Assembly (NCBI GenBank): GCA_963703345.1
Contig: OY969814.1
Location: 672,001 to 736,000 of the forward strand
Direction: 5' to 3'
DNA: 64,000 bases
Source: an uncultured Chloroflexia bacterium
GTDB taxonomy: Bacteria; Chloroflexota; Dehalococcoidia; DSTF01; JALHUB01
The notes beneath the pieces were generated by a model. It was not told where the DNA came from and made no database searches. It worked only from the letters and a program-made list of their open reading frames with translations. Of the stretch, positions 28,475-39,701 are shown one piece after another. The translations under genes and the position numbers were made by a program. The first letter of the stretch is position 1. Each line of letters starts with the position of its first letter.

Positions 28475-29455
28475 CTAGGCGGGCGCCTTCGTCCCGACGA
28501 TGCTGTTCAGCCGCTCCTGCACCGCCAGCGCCTCCTCAACCATCCGGTCGATGAGCTCCTTGCACGTCGGCACGTCGTGCACCAGCCCGACGCTCTGGCC
28601 CATGCTCACCAGACCGTCCTCCATGTTGCCCGTGTCGACCACCGCCGGTCCCTGCCGCGAGATCAACGGCAGCATCTCCTCCAGCGTCGCGCCCCTCTTC
28701 TCCAGCTCGACGACCTTCTCGACCACGGAGTTCTTCGCCAGCCGCGACGGGTTCATAATCGACTTCATGCAGTAGACGGTCTCCGTCTCCGCGGCGTGCA
28801 CCATCCACTCCTTGAAAGCCGCCTGCCCGCGGCATTCCTTCGTCGCCATGAAGCGCGTGCCCATGAGCACCGCGTCCGCGCCCAGCGCCAGCGCCGCCAT
28901 CAGCCCGCGACCGTCCGCGAACCCGCCGCCGGCCACCAGCGGCAGCTTCACCGCGTCCGCCGCCGCCGGCGCCAGCACCAGCGACGTCACCTCGTCCATG
29001 CCCGGGTGCCCGCCGGCTTCGTGCCCGACGACACAGACCGCATCCACTCCCAGGCGCTCCGCCGTCTGCGCGTACCTGACGCCCGGCACCTTGTGCATTA
29101 TCTTGACGCCTGCCGCGTGCAGAGGCGCGACAATCGCCGCCGGACTGCGCCCCGAAGTCTCGACGACCGGTATCTTCTCGTCGATCGTTATCTGCACCCA
29201 CTCTTCGACGGGCTGCGGGCGCACAGAGGCGAAAAGGTTGATGTTCAGGCCGATGGGCTTGTCGGTGAGGTCCTTCGCCTTGCGGATGTCTTCCCTGAGC
29301 TCTTCGATGGTCGGGTACGTCGCCGCCGTCAGGAAACCGAGCCCGCCGGCGTTCGCCACCGCGGCGATGAGCTCCGCTCGGCCCACCCAGAACATTCCGC
29401 CGCAAAGGATAGGATACTTGATCCCGAACAGCTTTGTGATGCGGGTCTCCAGCAT
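28475..29455 (-). CDS. Nitronate monooxygenase / FabK-like flavoenzyme
   Basis: TRITKLFGIKYPI; VANAGGLG; GHEAGGH; VAGGGFADGRG; MGTRF. Confidence 0.85.
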   Translation of the reverse strand: MLETRITKLFGIKYPILCGGMFWVGRAELIAAVANAGGLGFLTAATYPTIEELREDIRKAKDLTDKPIGLNINLFASVRPQPVEEWVQITIDEKIPVVETSGRSPAAIVAPLHAAGVKIMHKVPGVRYAQTAERLGVDAVCVVGHEAGGHPGMDEVTSLVLAPAAADAVKLPLVAGGGFADGRGLMAALALGADAVLMGTRFMATKECRGQAAFKEWMVHAAETETVYCMKSIMNPSRLAKNSVVEKVVELEKRGATLEEMLPLISRQGPAVVDTGNMEDGLVSMGQSVGLVHDVPTCKELIDRMVEEALAVQERLNSIVGTKAPA

Positions 29456-29487
29456 CGAGGGACTCCCTTCAGCATCGACAGGACGCG

Positions 29488-31911
29488 CTATCGGACCACC
29501 GACAGCCTGCTCTTCGCCTCCACGCTCTCCCCATGAAGAGCGGCGTTGAGAACGTCGTCAACGTGGTCCGCCAGAACGAATTCTATCTCCTGTCGGACTT
29601 CGGGAGCAATCTCCTCCAGATCAGGCTCGTTGTCACGCGGCAGCGCGATCCTCTTGATGCCCGCTCGATGCGCCGCCAGCACCTTGTCCCTGATGCCACC
29701 GACCGGCAGCACCTTCCCCCGTAGGGTTATCTCGCCTGTCATCGCGGTGTCTTTGCGCACCGGCCGACGCGTCAGCGCCGACACCAGCGCCGTCGCCATC
29801 GTCACCCCCGCGGAAGGCCCGTCTTTGGGCACCGCGCCGGCGGGGACGTGGATGTGCATGTCGCAGTTGTCGAACGCGCCGGGCTCGATGCCGAGCTCCT
29901 CGGCGCGACTCCGCGCGTACGTGACCGCCGCCTGCGCCGACTCCTGCATAACGTCGCCGAGCTTACCCGTGAGCGTCAGCCGCCCCTTGCCTGGCACGCA
30001 CGTCGCCTCGACGTAGAGGATGTCGCCGCCGAAGGGCGTCGCCGCCATCGCCGTCGCCACGCCCACCTCGTCCTCCTCCGCCGCGACCTCCCAGTGAAAG
30101 CGTCGCGGCCCCAGGAACTTGGGCAGCGATTCCGTTGTCACCGTGATCGCCTCCGTCGAGCCCCGCACCACCTCCCGCGCCGCCCCGCGACAGATCGTGC
30201 CGATCTCGCGCTCCAGGTTCCGCACTCCCGCCTCGTGCGTATAGCTCCGTATGATCTCCAGCAGCGCCTCGTCGGTGATCGTCAGGATGCCCGGCTGGAG
30301 GCCGTTCTGCCCCATCTGCCGCGGCGCCAGGTAGCGTTTCGCTATCTCCAGCTTCTCGTGCTCCGTGTAGCCCGGCAGCTCGATGATCTCCATCCTATCC
30401 AGCAGCGGCGGCGGGATCGTGTCGAAGATGTTCGCCGTCGTGATGAACATCACCTTCGAAAGGTCGAACGCCACGTCCAGGTAGTTGTCGACGAACGTGT
30501 TGTTCTGCTCCGGGTCCAGCACCTCCAGCAGCGCCGACGCCGGGTCGCCGCGGAAATCGACGCCCAGCTTGTCGACCTCGTCCAGCATGAACAACGGATT
30601 GTTCGAGTCGGTCCGCCGTATCTCCTGGATGATGCGCCCCGGTAGCGCCCCGACGTACGTCCGCCGGTGACCGCGTATCTCCGCCTCGTCGCGCATCCCG
30701 CCCAGCGACATCCGGACGAAGCGACGCCCCAGCGCCCGCGATATCGACTGCCCCAGCGACGTCTTGCCGGTGCCCGGCGGCCCCACGAAGCAAAGGATCG
30801 GCCCGCGACTGTCCGCCTTTAGCTTGCGGACGGTCAGAAAGTCCAGGATCCGGCGCTTCACCTTGTCCAGCCCGTAGTGGTCTTCGTTCAGTATCTCCTC
30901 GGCGCGGACGATATCGAGGTTGTCCTCCGTGCTCTTGTCCCAGGGCAGGCTGACGAGCCACTCCAGGTAGTTCCGCGACACCTGGTACTCCGCCGCCGCC
31001 TGTGGCATCGAGCGCATCCGGTCCAGCTCTCGCTCCGCCTCCTTGCGTGCCTCCTCCGGCATGTGCGCTTCTTCCATGCGCTTCTGAAGGTCGCCGATCT
31101 CCGGCGTCAGCTCCGACTCGCCGAGCTCATTCTGGATCGCCTTCAGTTGCTCGCGCAGTATGAACTGGCGCTGCCCCTTCTCCATCTCGCCGCGCACCTT
31201 CGACTGGATGTCCTGCTCTATCTGGAGCACCTCCAGCTCGCGCGTGAGATAGGTGTTGATCAGCCGCAGCCGCTCCTCGATGTTCGCCGCCTCCAGCACC
31301 GATTGCTTATCCTCTGGCTTGATGTTGATGTGCGCGGCGATGAAGTCAGCCAGCAGCCCGCCGGGAGCAATCGTCTCCGCCGCCGCCGCCAGCTCGTCCG
31401 GCAGCGACTCCGTGAGCCCCACCGCCTTCTGGAACTGCGCCAGCGCGCTCCGGTACAGCGCCTCCATCTCAACGCCCGCGTGGTCCTGCTCCGGCACAAT
31501 CTCGGCCTTGACGCGCAGCGACGGCTTCTCCTGCTCCGTCGCGACCAGACGCACCCGCATCAGGCCCTGTATTATCGCCTGGACCGCCCCCGTTGGAGCG
31601 CGCGCCATTCGCAGTATGTTCGCCACCGTACCTATCTGATAGAGCGAACCCGTCGGCGTGCCGTCCGGTCCCGACTTCTGCGCGAACAGCGCCAGCATCT
31701 TGCTCGGGCTGGCGGCCGCCTCCGTCACCGCCTGAACGATAGCCTCGTCGCTCGACGACAGCGGCACCATCAGGCCGGGGAAGAGGACAATCCCGCCGCT
31801 GGCGAACGCCGGCAAGACATCCGGCATCTTGAAGCCGTCTTCCGGCTTCTCCTGCTGTCCGCTATCTCCTTCTGAGACCTTGTCATCCATGGCAGTCCCC
31901 TCGCCTGTCAT
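29488..31911 (-). CDS. lon: ATP-dependent Lon protease
   Basis: LON_N domain; DHYGLDKVK; GPPGTGKTS; HRRTYVGALPG; PKDGPSAG; GGIRDK. Start 31911 or 31890. Confidence 0.96.
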   Translation of the reverse strand: MTGEGTAMDDKVSEGDSGQQEKPEDGFKMPDVLPAFASGGIVLFPGLMVPLSSSDEAIVQAVTEAAASPSKMLALFAQKSGPDGTPTGSLYQIGTVANILRMARAPTGAVQAIIQGLMRVRLVATEQEKPSLRVKAEIVPEQDHAGVEMEALYRSALAQFQKAVGLTESLPDELAAAAETIAPGGLLADFIAAHINIKPEDKQSVLEAANIEERLRLINTYLTRELEVLQIEQDIQSKVRGEMEKGQRQFILREQLKAIQNELGESELTPEIGDLQKRMEEAHMPEEARKEAERELDRMRSMPQAAAEYQVSRNYLEWLVSLPWDKSTEDNLDIVRAEEILNEDHYGLDKVKRRILDFLTVRKLKADSRGPILCFVGPPGTGKTSLGQSISRALGRRFVRMSLGGMRDEAEIRGHRRTYVGALPGRIIQEIRRTDSNNPLFMLDEVDKLGVDFRGDPASALLEVLDPEQNNTFVDNYLDVAFDLSKVMFITTANIFDTIPPPLLDRMEIIELPGYTEHEKLEIAKRYLAPRQMGQNGLQPGILTITDEALLEIIRSYTHEAGVRNLEREIGTICRGAAREVVRGSTEAITVTTESLPKFLGPRRFHWEVAAEEDEVGVATAMAATPFGGDILYVEATCVPGKGRLTLTGKLGDVMQESAQAAVTYARSRAEELGIEPGAFDNCDMHIHVPAGAVPKDGPSAGVTMATALVSALTRRPVRKDTAMTGEITLRGKVLPVGGIRDKVLAAHRAGIKRIALPRDNEPDLEEIAPEVRQEIEFVLADHVDDVLNAALHGESVEAKSRLSVVR

Positions 31912-32366
31912 CGTTCGCCCTGCCTTCGTATCGAGACCCGCACCTGGCGCGGAGGCTGGTCCGGCACCTTCGGCAGTACGATCCGCAGGAAACCGTCAGC
32001 GTAGGTCACCTTCGCCCGATTGGGGTCGACGCGCGCCGGCAGCACCAGCGAGCGCCCGAACATCCCGTAGCATATCTCCATCTGCGCGTGACGGCGGTGC
32101 GGATGCGCTTCGCGGTCCACCTTCTCGCCGTGGAACGCGAGCCGGCCGCCGTCGACCTCGATCTCGACCTCCTGCTCGTCGATCCCGGCAATCTCCGCCA
32201 CAATCACGACCTCATCCGCCGTCTCGTAGACGTCCGTCGGCGGCGCCAGCGTCGGGCTGCAAAAGCGTGAACGCCCCGATCCTTCCCCGGCGAGTCGCCT
32301 CCACATCTGCTCCATCTGCTCGTGCAGACGCTCGAACTCAGAGAATGCCCTTCTAGTGCGGAACAT
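31908..32366 (-). CDS. Hsp20/alpha-crystallin chaperone
   Basis: PPTDVYET; EICYGMFGRSLVLP; YADGFLRIVLPK; stop overlaps the lon start. Confidence 0.9.
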   Translation of the reverse strand: MFRTRRAFSEFERLHEQMEQMWRRLAGEGSGRSRFCSPTLAPPTDVYETADEVVIVAEIAGIDEQEVEIEVDGGRLAFHGEKVDREAHPHRRHAQMEICYGMFGRSLVLPARVDPNRAKVTYADGFLRIVLPKVPDQPPRQVRVSIRRQGER

Positions 32367-32666
32367 CGTCCTCTCCGTTCAGTCGCTGCTTCGCGACGAA
32401 TAATGCTCTCTAACCTCAGAATAGTCTGGCGAAGGGTGAAATTCAAGCTCGACCGCCGCGCTGCTCCTCGGCGGCCCCCGACGCCATCAACCGGATGCAC
32501 CCTGCCGCGATATTTCCGATATCGTCGCTTGTGCTGTTGACAGCGCGAAAACGATAGTATACTTTACAACCCGGTGGCACAACCTTCTCCGAATTCGTGG
32601 CGCGCCCGATCTTGAACCCGCAGCATCGATAGTTTTCGTCGCAACAGTAGTCTCCGGAGGTCAACC

Positions 32667-35435
32667 ATGCACGCTCGAACCCTGGTGCGCCACCTGGTCA
32701 TCGTGCTGTTGCTGGCGTTGGCTGTCGGCATTGGGTACTTCAGGACCGAAGGCCCATTCGCCTCCGGAGAGGCCGCTCTGACGCAACGAGCGGGCACGCT
32801 CGCGAATGACGCTCCGGTTGCGCCATCCCCGGCCCAACCGACCGCATCCGCGCCCTCTCCCGCGCCGACCATTCTTCCGCCGCCCGCCCTGGCGATCCCT
32901 CTTTCCTTTGCGCCGATTCCCAGCCAATCTCAAGACCCCAAGCTCGCGCCTCCGCTGGCGGAACTGCGGGACGCCGCCGTCGCAGCGATAACGAGTGGTC
33001 AGCCCAACGGCCTCGACCTCCCAAGCCAGCTTCCCGACGACCTGAAATCGCTGGTGCAGGGCAAGATGATGAGCATCAACGCGGCGGGCCAGGTTCAGGT
33101 CTACGTGAAAGTCGGCGCCACCGACGCTGCGGTCCTCGAAGCACTGGCTATGGCCGGCATGACCATCGAACGCGTCTCGGGGGACCTGACGCTGGTCCAG
33201 GGCTGGGTTTCCCCCAACGCTCTCAACGCACTGGCCGCCCTGGCGCCGGTCGAATCGGTGAGACTTCCTGACTACGGCTTCCCGCAGGCGGGTTCTGTGA
33301 TGACGGAAGGCGACGCCATCATCCGCGCCGACCTGGTGCGCTCCACCTTCGGCGTTACCGGCGCCGGCATACGCGTCGGTGTGATCTCAACCGGCGTCGG
33401 CGGACTATCCGGCGCGCAGGCAAGCGGCGACCTTGGTTCAGTCGATACGTCCACCTGCAACGTCACGGGGGTCGATCCTACGTCCACAGGAGCCGAAGCC
33501 ACCGCAATGATGGAGATCGTGTACGACATAGCGCCGGGTGCCCAGTTGTACTTCGGCCAGGCTTCTAGATCGTCGGGCATGAGCTCGGTCGATTTCAATG
33601 CCGCTGTGACCTGCCTTGCCGCCCACACCGACGTGGTCGTCAACGACATAAGTTTCTTCGCCGACGGCCTCTACGACGGAACGAGCTCCGTTTCGGCAAA
33701 CACCTCCACCCAACTCAACGCCGCCAGCAACCCCATCAGAGTCTACTCAACGTCCGTGGGCAACTATGCCTGGGGACACTACCAGGAGCAATTCACAGAC
33801 GACAGCGCCCAGGGTTTCCCTGGCTGGAACAAATTCCAGGGCACAGCCAGCACAACCGACGCGTATGCGTTGGGCGTGCAGCCCGTGGACGCGCTGGCGC
33901 TGCAGCCCAACGGCGAGGTCGGGGTGTACCTACAGTGGAACGACAGTTGGGGAGCGTCGTCCAACCACTATAACCTGAATCTCTACAATAATAATGACCT
34001 TGTGCACCCGGTGGCCTCGGGCACGGCTGTCTACGGCAGCAGTTATCCGATCGTGTACCTCCACTACATTAACACCACGGGGTCCGTCACCCAGTTTGAC
34101 ATCGCCGTCGTGAAACAAAGCGGAAGCGCGCGTACACTCGACATGTTTGTGATCCCCATCTCGGGAGGGACGCTACTGGTCAACGACACTCTTCTGAACT
34201 ACAACACCCTCTCCAGCAGCGTTCCCAACCAGTCCGACGCTGGCGGCGGTGTCATCTCCGTCGGCGCCATCGATCAAGCGGACTCCGGCCATGACACCAT
34301 CGAGGTATACAGCGGCCGCGGCACAACGAATGACGGGCGCACCAAGCCGGAGGTCACCGCCATCGACGGCGTGTGCGTTACCGGCGCGGGCGGCTTCGGC
34401 CAAGGGACGTGCCAGAGTATCGGCAAGCAGTTCTTCGGTACCTCCGCTGCTGCGCCTCACCTCGCCGCCGTCGCCGCGTTACTTCTCCAGTGCCGTCCCG
34501 ACTTGAAAGCCGGAGGGGCCACCGCCGCGTCGACAGCCCGGACCAATCTCCGCAACTACATCCTCAACAGCGCCGTCGATCTCGGCACCGGGGGCGTCAA
34601 CAACACCTACGGCAGCGGACGCCTCGACGCCTACGCCGCCGCCGTCGCCGCCGGCTGCACCAGCCCTTCGACCGCCACGCCGACGTTCACCCCAACGGAG
34701 ACGCCTACCCGCACGCCAACACCCACGCCCACGGACACGCCTACGTTTACGCCCACGCCTACGCCAACGCCAACGCGCACACCCACGCTTAGCCCAACGC
34801 CCACCCGCACCCCCACCGCGACCATTCCGGCCTGCACCGGCATAGTCAGCATTCAGTCGAGCAGCATTCTCGCCGGCGCAAGCACAACCGTCCGCTTGCA
34901 AACAGACGGAATCTGCGCGCCGGGCCTCGGGAACTACGCCGTCATCGTGAACTATGATCCGAACATCGTCCACGCCGACTCCTGCGTCTCCAACCCGGGC
35001 GGCGCCTTGACCGGTAGCTGCGACGTCAATTGGGGCACTGGCGCCGTTCTTGCGGTGGGATCGACTTCGACCCCCGGCGCGACCGGCACCGTCCCCTTCG
35101 CCGACATCACCTTCACCGCCGTCGGCAGCGCACCCTTAGTGACCGCGCTGCAGTTGGCCATCAGCCCGTTCCAGGACACGACGGGCACAGACATTCCCTA
35201 CGTGAATAGGGATGGCAGCATTCGGATCGGCGTCCGGGGCGACGCCACTAAGGACGGCAATGTCGCCATGGTCAACGCCATGCGCATCGCCCAGTGCATC
35301 GCCGGGCTGATCGATTGCTCGACACTCGATCAGACGATGGGGGACGTGAACTGCTCGAACAGCCTCACAATGGTGGACGCGATGCTGATAGCGCGCTACG
35401 TCGCCGGCCTGATCACCCAGTTCCCTTGCAGCTAG
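32667..35435 (+). CDS. Secreted subtilase-like (S8/S53-like) peptidase with PT linker, cohesin and C-terminal dockerin
   Basis: [11 protein letters not shown]; [13 protein letters not shown]; SVGN; [10 protein letters not shown]; [10 protein letters not shown]; [13 protein letters not shown] cohesin; [15 protein letters not shown] / [15 protein letters not shown]. Confidence 0.85.
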   Translation: MHARTLVRHLVIVLLLALAVGIGYFRTEGPFASGEAALTQRAGTLANDAPVAPSPAQPTASAPSPAPTILPPPALAIPLSFAPIPSQSQDPKLAPPLAELRDAAVAAITSGQPNGLDLPSQLPDDLKSLVQGKMMSINAAGQVQVYVKVGATDAAVLEALAMAGMTIERVSGDLTLVQGWVSPNALNALAALAPVESVRLPDYGFPQAGSVMTEGDAIIRADLVRSTFGVTGAGIRVGVISTGVGGLSGAQASGDLGSVDTSTCNVTGVDPTSTGAEATAMMEIVYDIAPGAQLYFGQASRSSGMSSVDFNAAVTCLAAHTDVVVNDISFFADGLYDGTSSVSANTSTQLNAASNPIRVYSTSVGNYAWGHYQEQFTDDSAQGFPGWNKFQGTASTTDAYALGVQPVDALALQPNGEVGVYLQWNDSWGASSNHYNLNLYNNNDLVHPVASGTAVYGSSYPIVYLHYINTTGSVTQFDIAVVKQSGSARTLDMFVIPISGGTLLVNDTLLNYNTLSSSVPNQSDAGGGVISVGAIDQADSGHDTIEVYSGRGTTNDGRTKPEVTAIDGVCVTGAGGFGQGTCQSIGKQFFGTSAAAPHLAAVAALLLQCRPDLKAGGATAASTARTNLRNYILNSAVDLGTGGVNNTYGSGRLDAYAAAVAAGCTSPSTATPTFTPTETPTRTPTPTPTDTPTFTPTPTPTPTRTPTLSPTPTRTPTATIPACTGIVSIQSSSILAGASTTVRLQTDGICAPGLGNYAVIVNYDPNIVHADSCVSNPGGALTGSCDVNWGTGAVLAVGSTSTPGATGTVPFADITFTAVGSAPLVTALQLAISPFQDTTGTDIPYVNRDGSIRIGVRGDATKDGNVAMVNAMRIAQCIAGLIDCSTLDQTMGDVNCSNSLTMVDAMLIARYVAGLITQFPCS

Positions 35436-35505
35436 ACCGCGCCGCAATCGCTCGGACCGCCCTAGCCCCGGCGGCCTCGACCAGGGTCAAGCGAACGCTG
35501 CGGCC

Positions 35506-36390
35506 CTAGGGACGCGCTCTTCGCCGTACAAGCAACGCTCCCAAGGCGCCGACCGCTAAGCCCGCTGCGACAACCAGGCCGGTGGGTATCAGCCATCCCG
35601 GCCGGCCCTGAGAACCACCCTGGCTCGCCTGGGGCTTACCAGCGTTCCCGTTGTTCACGACCACGCTCGGCGTCGACTGCGTGCCGGTCGCGCTTCCCTG
35701 CGTGCCTGAAGGCACTGTCGCCGAAGACGAAGGCGAGACCGCCGTCCGCCTCGGCTCGCCCGCGCCTTGCGTCTGGCCCGGCGCCGTGGTGGCTAGAGTT
35801 TGTGCTCCGTTGGGGGGTGCGCTCTCCGTTGGCCCGCCGGGTTTCGCTGTGGCAGCCGGCGTTGTATTCGATTCCGCCGCCGGCGTCGGCGAAGTGACCA
35901 TGACGCCGCTGCCGATGCAGATCGATCCTTCCTCTTCTCTGGAGCTTAGAGGAGCTGCGTTGGGGTCCGTGAGCTCCGCGACGCTCAAGCTCAGTGGCGT
36001 ACAGGCGCCGTCGTGACCAGAGAGCCGAAAGACGATGTCCGCCAGCGCCGCATCTCCCGTAAGTCCTTCAGTTATCTTGTAGCCGCCAACCCGCACGATG
36101 CCCGGCTTGAAAGCGACGTTGCAGACGGCGTTGTCTAGCACGTTCGACGGGTCGCCCTGGCAGGAAACCGGCGAAACGACGGACGCATCGTAGGCGACGT
36201 CGATGGTGAAAGCCCCGAGGCCCGGGTCCGGGATGCCCAGCAGCTCCAGGCGCGCCGTCATCTCGTCTCCCGATTGGCCTGTCAGCGCGCCGATTCGAAC
36301 GGTCGTATCAGGAGCGCTGGCCGCAGCCGAGGGCAGCGATCCGAGCAAAACGACAGTAGCCGCCCAGGCTCCCTTCAACCACAACCTCAT
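35506..36390 (-). CDS. Cohesin-domain protein with C-terminal TM anchor
   Basis: GLGAFTIDVAYDASVV...GDAALADIVF; S/T/P-rich linker; TM plus RRRARP. Confidence 0.8.
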   Translation of the reverse strand: MRLWLKGAWAATVVLLGSLPSAAASAPDTTVRIGALTGQSGDEMTARLELLGIPDPGLGAFTIDVAYDASVVSPVSCQGDPSNVLDNAVCNVAFKPGIVRVGGYKITEGLTGDAALADIVFRLSGHDGACTPLSLSVAELTDPNAAPLSSREEEGSICIGSGVMVTSPTPAAESNTTPAATAKPGGPTESAPPNGAQTLATTAPGQTQGAGEPRRTAVSPSSSATVPSGTQGSATGTQSTPSVVVNNGNAGKPQASQGGSQGRPGWLIPTGLVVAAGLAVGALGALLVRRRARP

Positions 36391-37124
36391 CTCATCCTCC
36401 GCGCTGGCTCAATCTGACTGGCAAACTGCGACAGGTCGCAGGCAGCGCCGACGTTCTGTTGGACGGTCGTCTTCGTCGCCATCGCCGCCAAGTCGTCAGG
36501 CGCGCCAACCACGGTGTAGTGCAGCGTGACGTCAACACCTGACTGGGTAACGACAGCCTCAGCGTCGCCCGTGTCCAGGGTGTTCTTTGCAGCGACGGAG
36601 CTGGCGCGAGACGAAAGGAAGTCGACGACAACGCCGTCGCCCTGCGTGCCGTCCTGGTCGCAGTCCTCGTCGTCGAACGGGCAGGCATTCTGGAAAGAGA
36701 TGCCGGAAGAGAGCCATACGCCCTCGTCCGCGTTTTCGACAAACAGGTCGTCGTTCGTGACGAAGCTGAGGACCCACATGCCCTGGCCGTTGACCAACGT
36801 TGCCCCGGGGGCGGTGCTCGGAGCGTAGCTGTCGTCTCCCAACTGGGCGGCGCTGCCGTTGACTAAGTCGTTATAGGTCGCCGGGTCGTCGACGGCTCCG
36901 TCCAGGTCGCCAGCGATTAGAGCCAGGTTGGCGGGATCCTGGAGGCTGTAGCAGGCGCTTGTGTGCCCGCCGCGTAGGCCGATGATTGAGGCGCAGACGT
37001 CAGGGTTAATAGCGACCACGTGATTCGGCCTGGCTTCCGCCTTGCCCTGGTGGAATGATGCGCCGGCCACGCCGATGACCAGGGCCAGGCTCATCAGACC
37101 TGCTAGTATTGCGAGCTTCTTCAT
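36387..37124 (-). CDS. C-terminally truncated paralogue of the 15480 surface protein
   Basis: MKKLAILAGLMSLALVIGVAG, nearly identical to 15480; shares AINPDVC, MWVLxFVTNDD and TQSGVDVTLxYTVVGAPDD; ends before the Ig domains and the PPRTG motif. Confidence 0.7.
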   Translation of the reverse strand: MKKLAILAGLMSLALVIGVAGASFHQGKAEARPNHVVAINPDVCASIIGLRGGHTSACYSLQDPANLALIAGDLDGAVDDPATYNDLVNGSAAQLGDDSYAPSTAPGATLVNGQGMWVLSFVTNDDLFVENADEGVWLSSGISFQNACPFDDEDCDQDGTQGDGVVVDFLSSRASSVAAKNTLDTGDAEAVVTQSGVDVTLHYTVVGAPDDLAAMATKTTVQQNVGAACDLSQFASQIEPARRMR

Positions 37125-37196
37125 GAAACAATCCTCCCTGCTCAACCTACCGGTTCTTTTCCCGCGTCTCTCCTGCTGTGGTCGTTGTCTAACCGG

Positions 37197-39527
37197 CTAG
37201 GATGTCGGCAGCGGGCATGGGAAGCTGGCGAGTCCCGCAACCTTCCGCGCTATCAGCATGGCGTCAACCATCGTCACCCCCTGGTCATTCGGCTGACAGT
37301 AGTTGACGTTCGCCATCTCGGGATTGATCTGGTCCGCGCTGCGGAGGCGGGCGACAACCTGGGCGATGAACATGGCATCTGTCATCGATAGCTGACCGTC
37401 GCGGCGCGCATCCCCCAGCACCCTCGCCGTGGCGCCGAAGTTGATGTTTGAAGTATCCGCTCCTTCCGTGACCGTAACCGGCGTGGCCTGTGTCGAGACG
37501 AAAACACCGTCGTAGTACTTGGTCAAGTAAGCCGGCGTATCCTGCATCCACACCTGATAGCTGGCCGCGGGAAGCGCTGTGATTGTATAGGTGCCGTCGG
37601 CAGTTGTGGTTGCATATGACCAGCCAAAGAAAGCTTGCAAGAGCGACCACCACCAGGGGACGGTGCGATTCACCGGCGAGGCGTTCACGCGTGCGCCGGC
37701 GACGGGATGACCACCCGCGCCGGTCACCACGCCGGATATGCTACCCCCGCCATCGAGCACAAAGTCGATGTTGGGCGTATCCTCGCCGCTAGCCACCTGG
37801 ACGCTTGTTGCGTCTTCCGGCCAGCGTACGCTGATGTAATATTCAGGCGCATACGAGCCGGGCATTGTCCACACGTGGTAGGGGCCGGGGGGAACGTCGG
37901 CAATGGTGTACGAACCGTCAGCCGCCGTCAGTGCCCACAGCCAAACCCCGCTGCTGTTGTCGGGCGGATTGGCGTTGACGTATATCCCCGAGAGAGCACT
38001 ACCCTGTCCATCTCTGACGACGCCCGAGATGCTGCCGCCCACAATAAGATGAATGTCGATCCCGGTCGCATCCAAGTGCGCCTCCGATATTCCCACCGGG
38101 GTCGCATCCTCCGAACTCGACACGTCCTGGTAGTATTGCTGCGCGTAGCCCGAGGCAGCCGCGTAAACGGTGAAAGTAAGGTAATCAAGGTCGGTAATCG
38201 TGTACGTGCCGTCTGCGGCGCTCGTTGCCCAGCCGCAGTAGTCGCCTTCTGGGGGACAAGCTTGGACGTCTGCCCCATCAATCGGATGACCGGCACCATC
38301 CACTATCGTTCCCGAAATAGACCCGCTTGGCTCCAACGCGAAGTCAATTCCGCCTGTCACCTGGCCCTGAGCCACGTGCACGGAGGTGGCGCTTCCCGAG
38401 TCGTAGGCGCCGTCGTAGTACATCTGCGCGTAACCGGAGCATTCATCGAATACGCGATAGTTGCCGGAAGGGAGGCCGCTGTTCGAGTAGTCGCCCTCAG
38501 CATCCGTGTTGCCATAAATGTCTGCCCCGCCTGCCCAGGGCTCGGCTGCCACCTGACAGCCTTCAAGAGGATTGCCTTGACCATCTGTAACCGTGCCGGA
38601 GATCGTTCCTGCTGCCTGAAGGCTGAAGTTGATCCCCGGCGTGTTTTGGCCTTCGACGACGGATACCGGCATCGCATAATCCGCGTTCCATGTGTTGTTG
38701 TAGTAGGTGTGAACGTATCCATCGCAACCCACGTCGACTCCGTAGCTGCCGGTCGTCAGGCCCGTTACGGTGTAGTGTCCGTCGGCGCCTGTATTTCCGG
38801 TGTGGTCCGAACCGGCGCCGCCCCACGACCAGACGACGACCGAGCAGCCCTCCAGCGGATTGTGCTGCGCATCCGTGACCGTGCCGGAGATGGAACCGGA
38901 TGGTCCGACTGTCGTGCTCGCAGTATCGCAACCGCCGTCCACATCGCTGGCGGACGTCGCGCACGCCTCGTTGATAATCATGTCGCCCTCATTAGCGCTC
39001 GTGGTCAGATCGACCACCATCGTAAGGACGACCTGCTCGTCTTTCCCCAGGCTGGAGTCAGTGGTCCACTCGACGGTGCCGGAAGTGTCACAGCCAACGA
39101 TGTCGAAGTTACTGGACGAAATATCGGAGGAAGGATCAACTGAGGCGTCAACGCAATCCGTGTTGGCGGGGATGACGTCATCCACCGTGAGGTCGGTGCA
39201 TCCACCCTGACCGCTGCCTCCATTGTTGACGGCAATCGTATAGGTGATCTGCCCGCCTTCGGCAGCGGTACCGCGATCAGCATATTTCGATATCTGAAGG
39301 TCGCAGTCAGGGTTCACGGTCGGAGTCGCGGAAAGCGTGTTCGCCGCCGCCGCCGGCGTCGCGGAAGCAGTCGGACTCGCGGTAGGCTCATACTGGGCAA
39401 ACGCTCCCCTCGTTCCCCACGACGTCCCGACAAGCAGAGCCGCGGCGAGCAGCGCCAGAACCGTGGCCAGGACCAGCGACAAAGCTGCCACTGATGTGAC
39501 GAATCCTCCGGAGCTTAGTTTTCTCAC
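37197..39527 (-). CDS. Secreted DUF11-like domain, five carboxypeptidase-regulatory-like repeats and C-terminal dockerin
   Basis: DLQISK...ITYTIAVNN...DDVIPA; five G(S/T)ISG..V repeats; GDARRDGQLSMTDAM / [11 protein letters not shown]. Confidence 0.8.
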   Translation of the reverse strand: MRKLSSGGFVTSVAALSLVLATVLALLAAALLVGTSWGTRGAFAQYEPTASPTASATPAAAANTLSATPTVNPDCDLQISKYADRGTAAEGGQITYTIAVNNGGSGQGGCTDLTVDDVIPANTDCVDASVDPSSDISSSNFDIVGCDTSGTVEWTTDSSLGKDEQVVLTMVVDLTTSANEGDMIINEACATSASDVDGGCDTASTTVGPSGSISGTVTDAQHNPLEGCSVVVWSWGGAGSDHTGNTGADGHYTVTGLTTGSYGVDVGCDGYVHTYYNNTWNADYAMPVSVVEGQNTPGINFSLQAAGTISGTVTDGQGNPLEGCQVAAEPWAGGADIYGNTDAEGDYSNSGLPSGNYRVFDECSGYAQMYYDGAYDSGSATSVHVAQGQVTGGIDFALEPSGSISGTIVDGAGHPIDGADVQACPPEGDYCGWATSAADGTYTITDLDYLTFTVYAAASGYAQQYYQDVSSSEDATPVGISEAHLDATGIDIHLIVGGSISGVVRDGQGSALSGIYVNANPPDNSSGVWLWALTAADGSYTIADVPPGPYHVWTMPGSYAPEYYISVRWPEDATSVQVASGEDTPNIDFVLDGGGSISGVVTGAGGHPVAGARVNASPVNRTVPWWWSLLQAFFGWSYATTTADGTYTITALPAASYQVWMQDTPAYLTKYYDGVFVSTQATPVTVTEGADTSNINFGATARVLGDARRDGQLSMTDAMFIAQVVARLRSADQINPEMANVNYCQPNDQGVTMVDAMLIARKVAGLASFPCPLPTS

Positions 39528-39701
39528 GTCAGCACTCTCCTAGCGCGTGGCTGCCCGTTGTCGCGAGCGCTTCCACACTCGTCCCGCAACGATTTCGCCG
39601 GGCCTCGCTGTTAACGACGGGGAAAGATTAGTGTTTGCGCTAGACCCAGGTGGCCGATCCCAGGTCTAGCGCTTACAGTGTCGAGGAATTCCGGGCAGTC
39701 C

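Noticed and set aside
32366-32460. CIRCE or HAIR operator upstream of hsp20-lon
   Set aside because: No adequate match to either inverted repeat.
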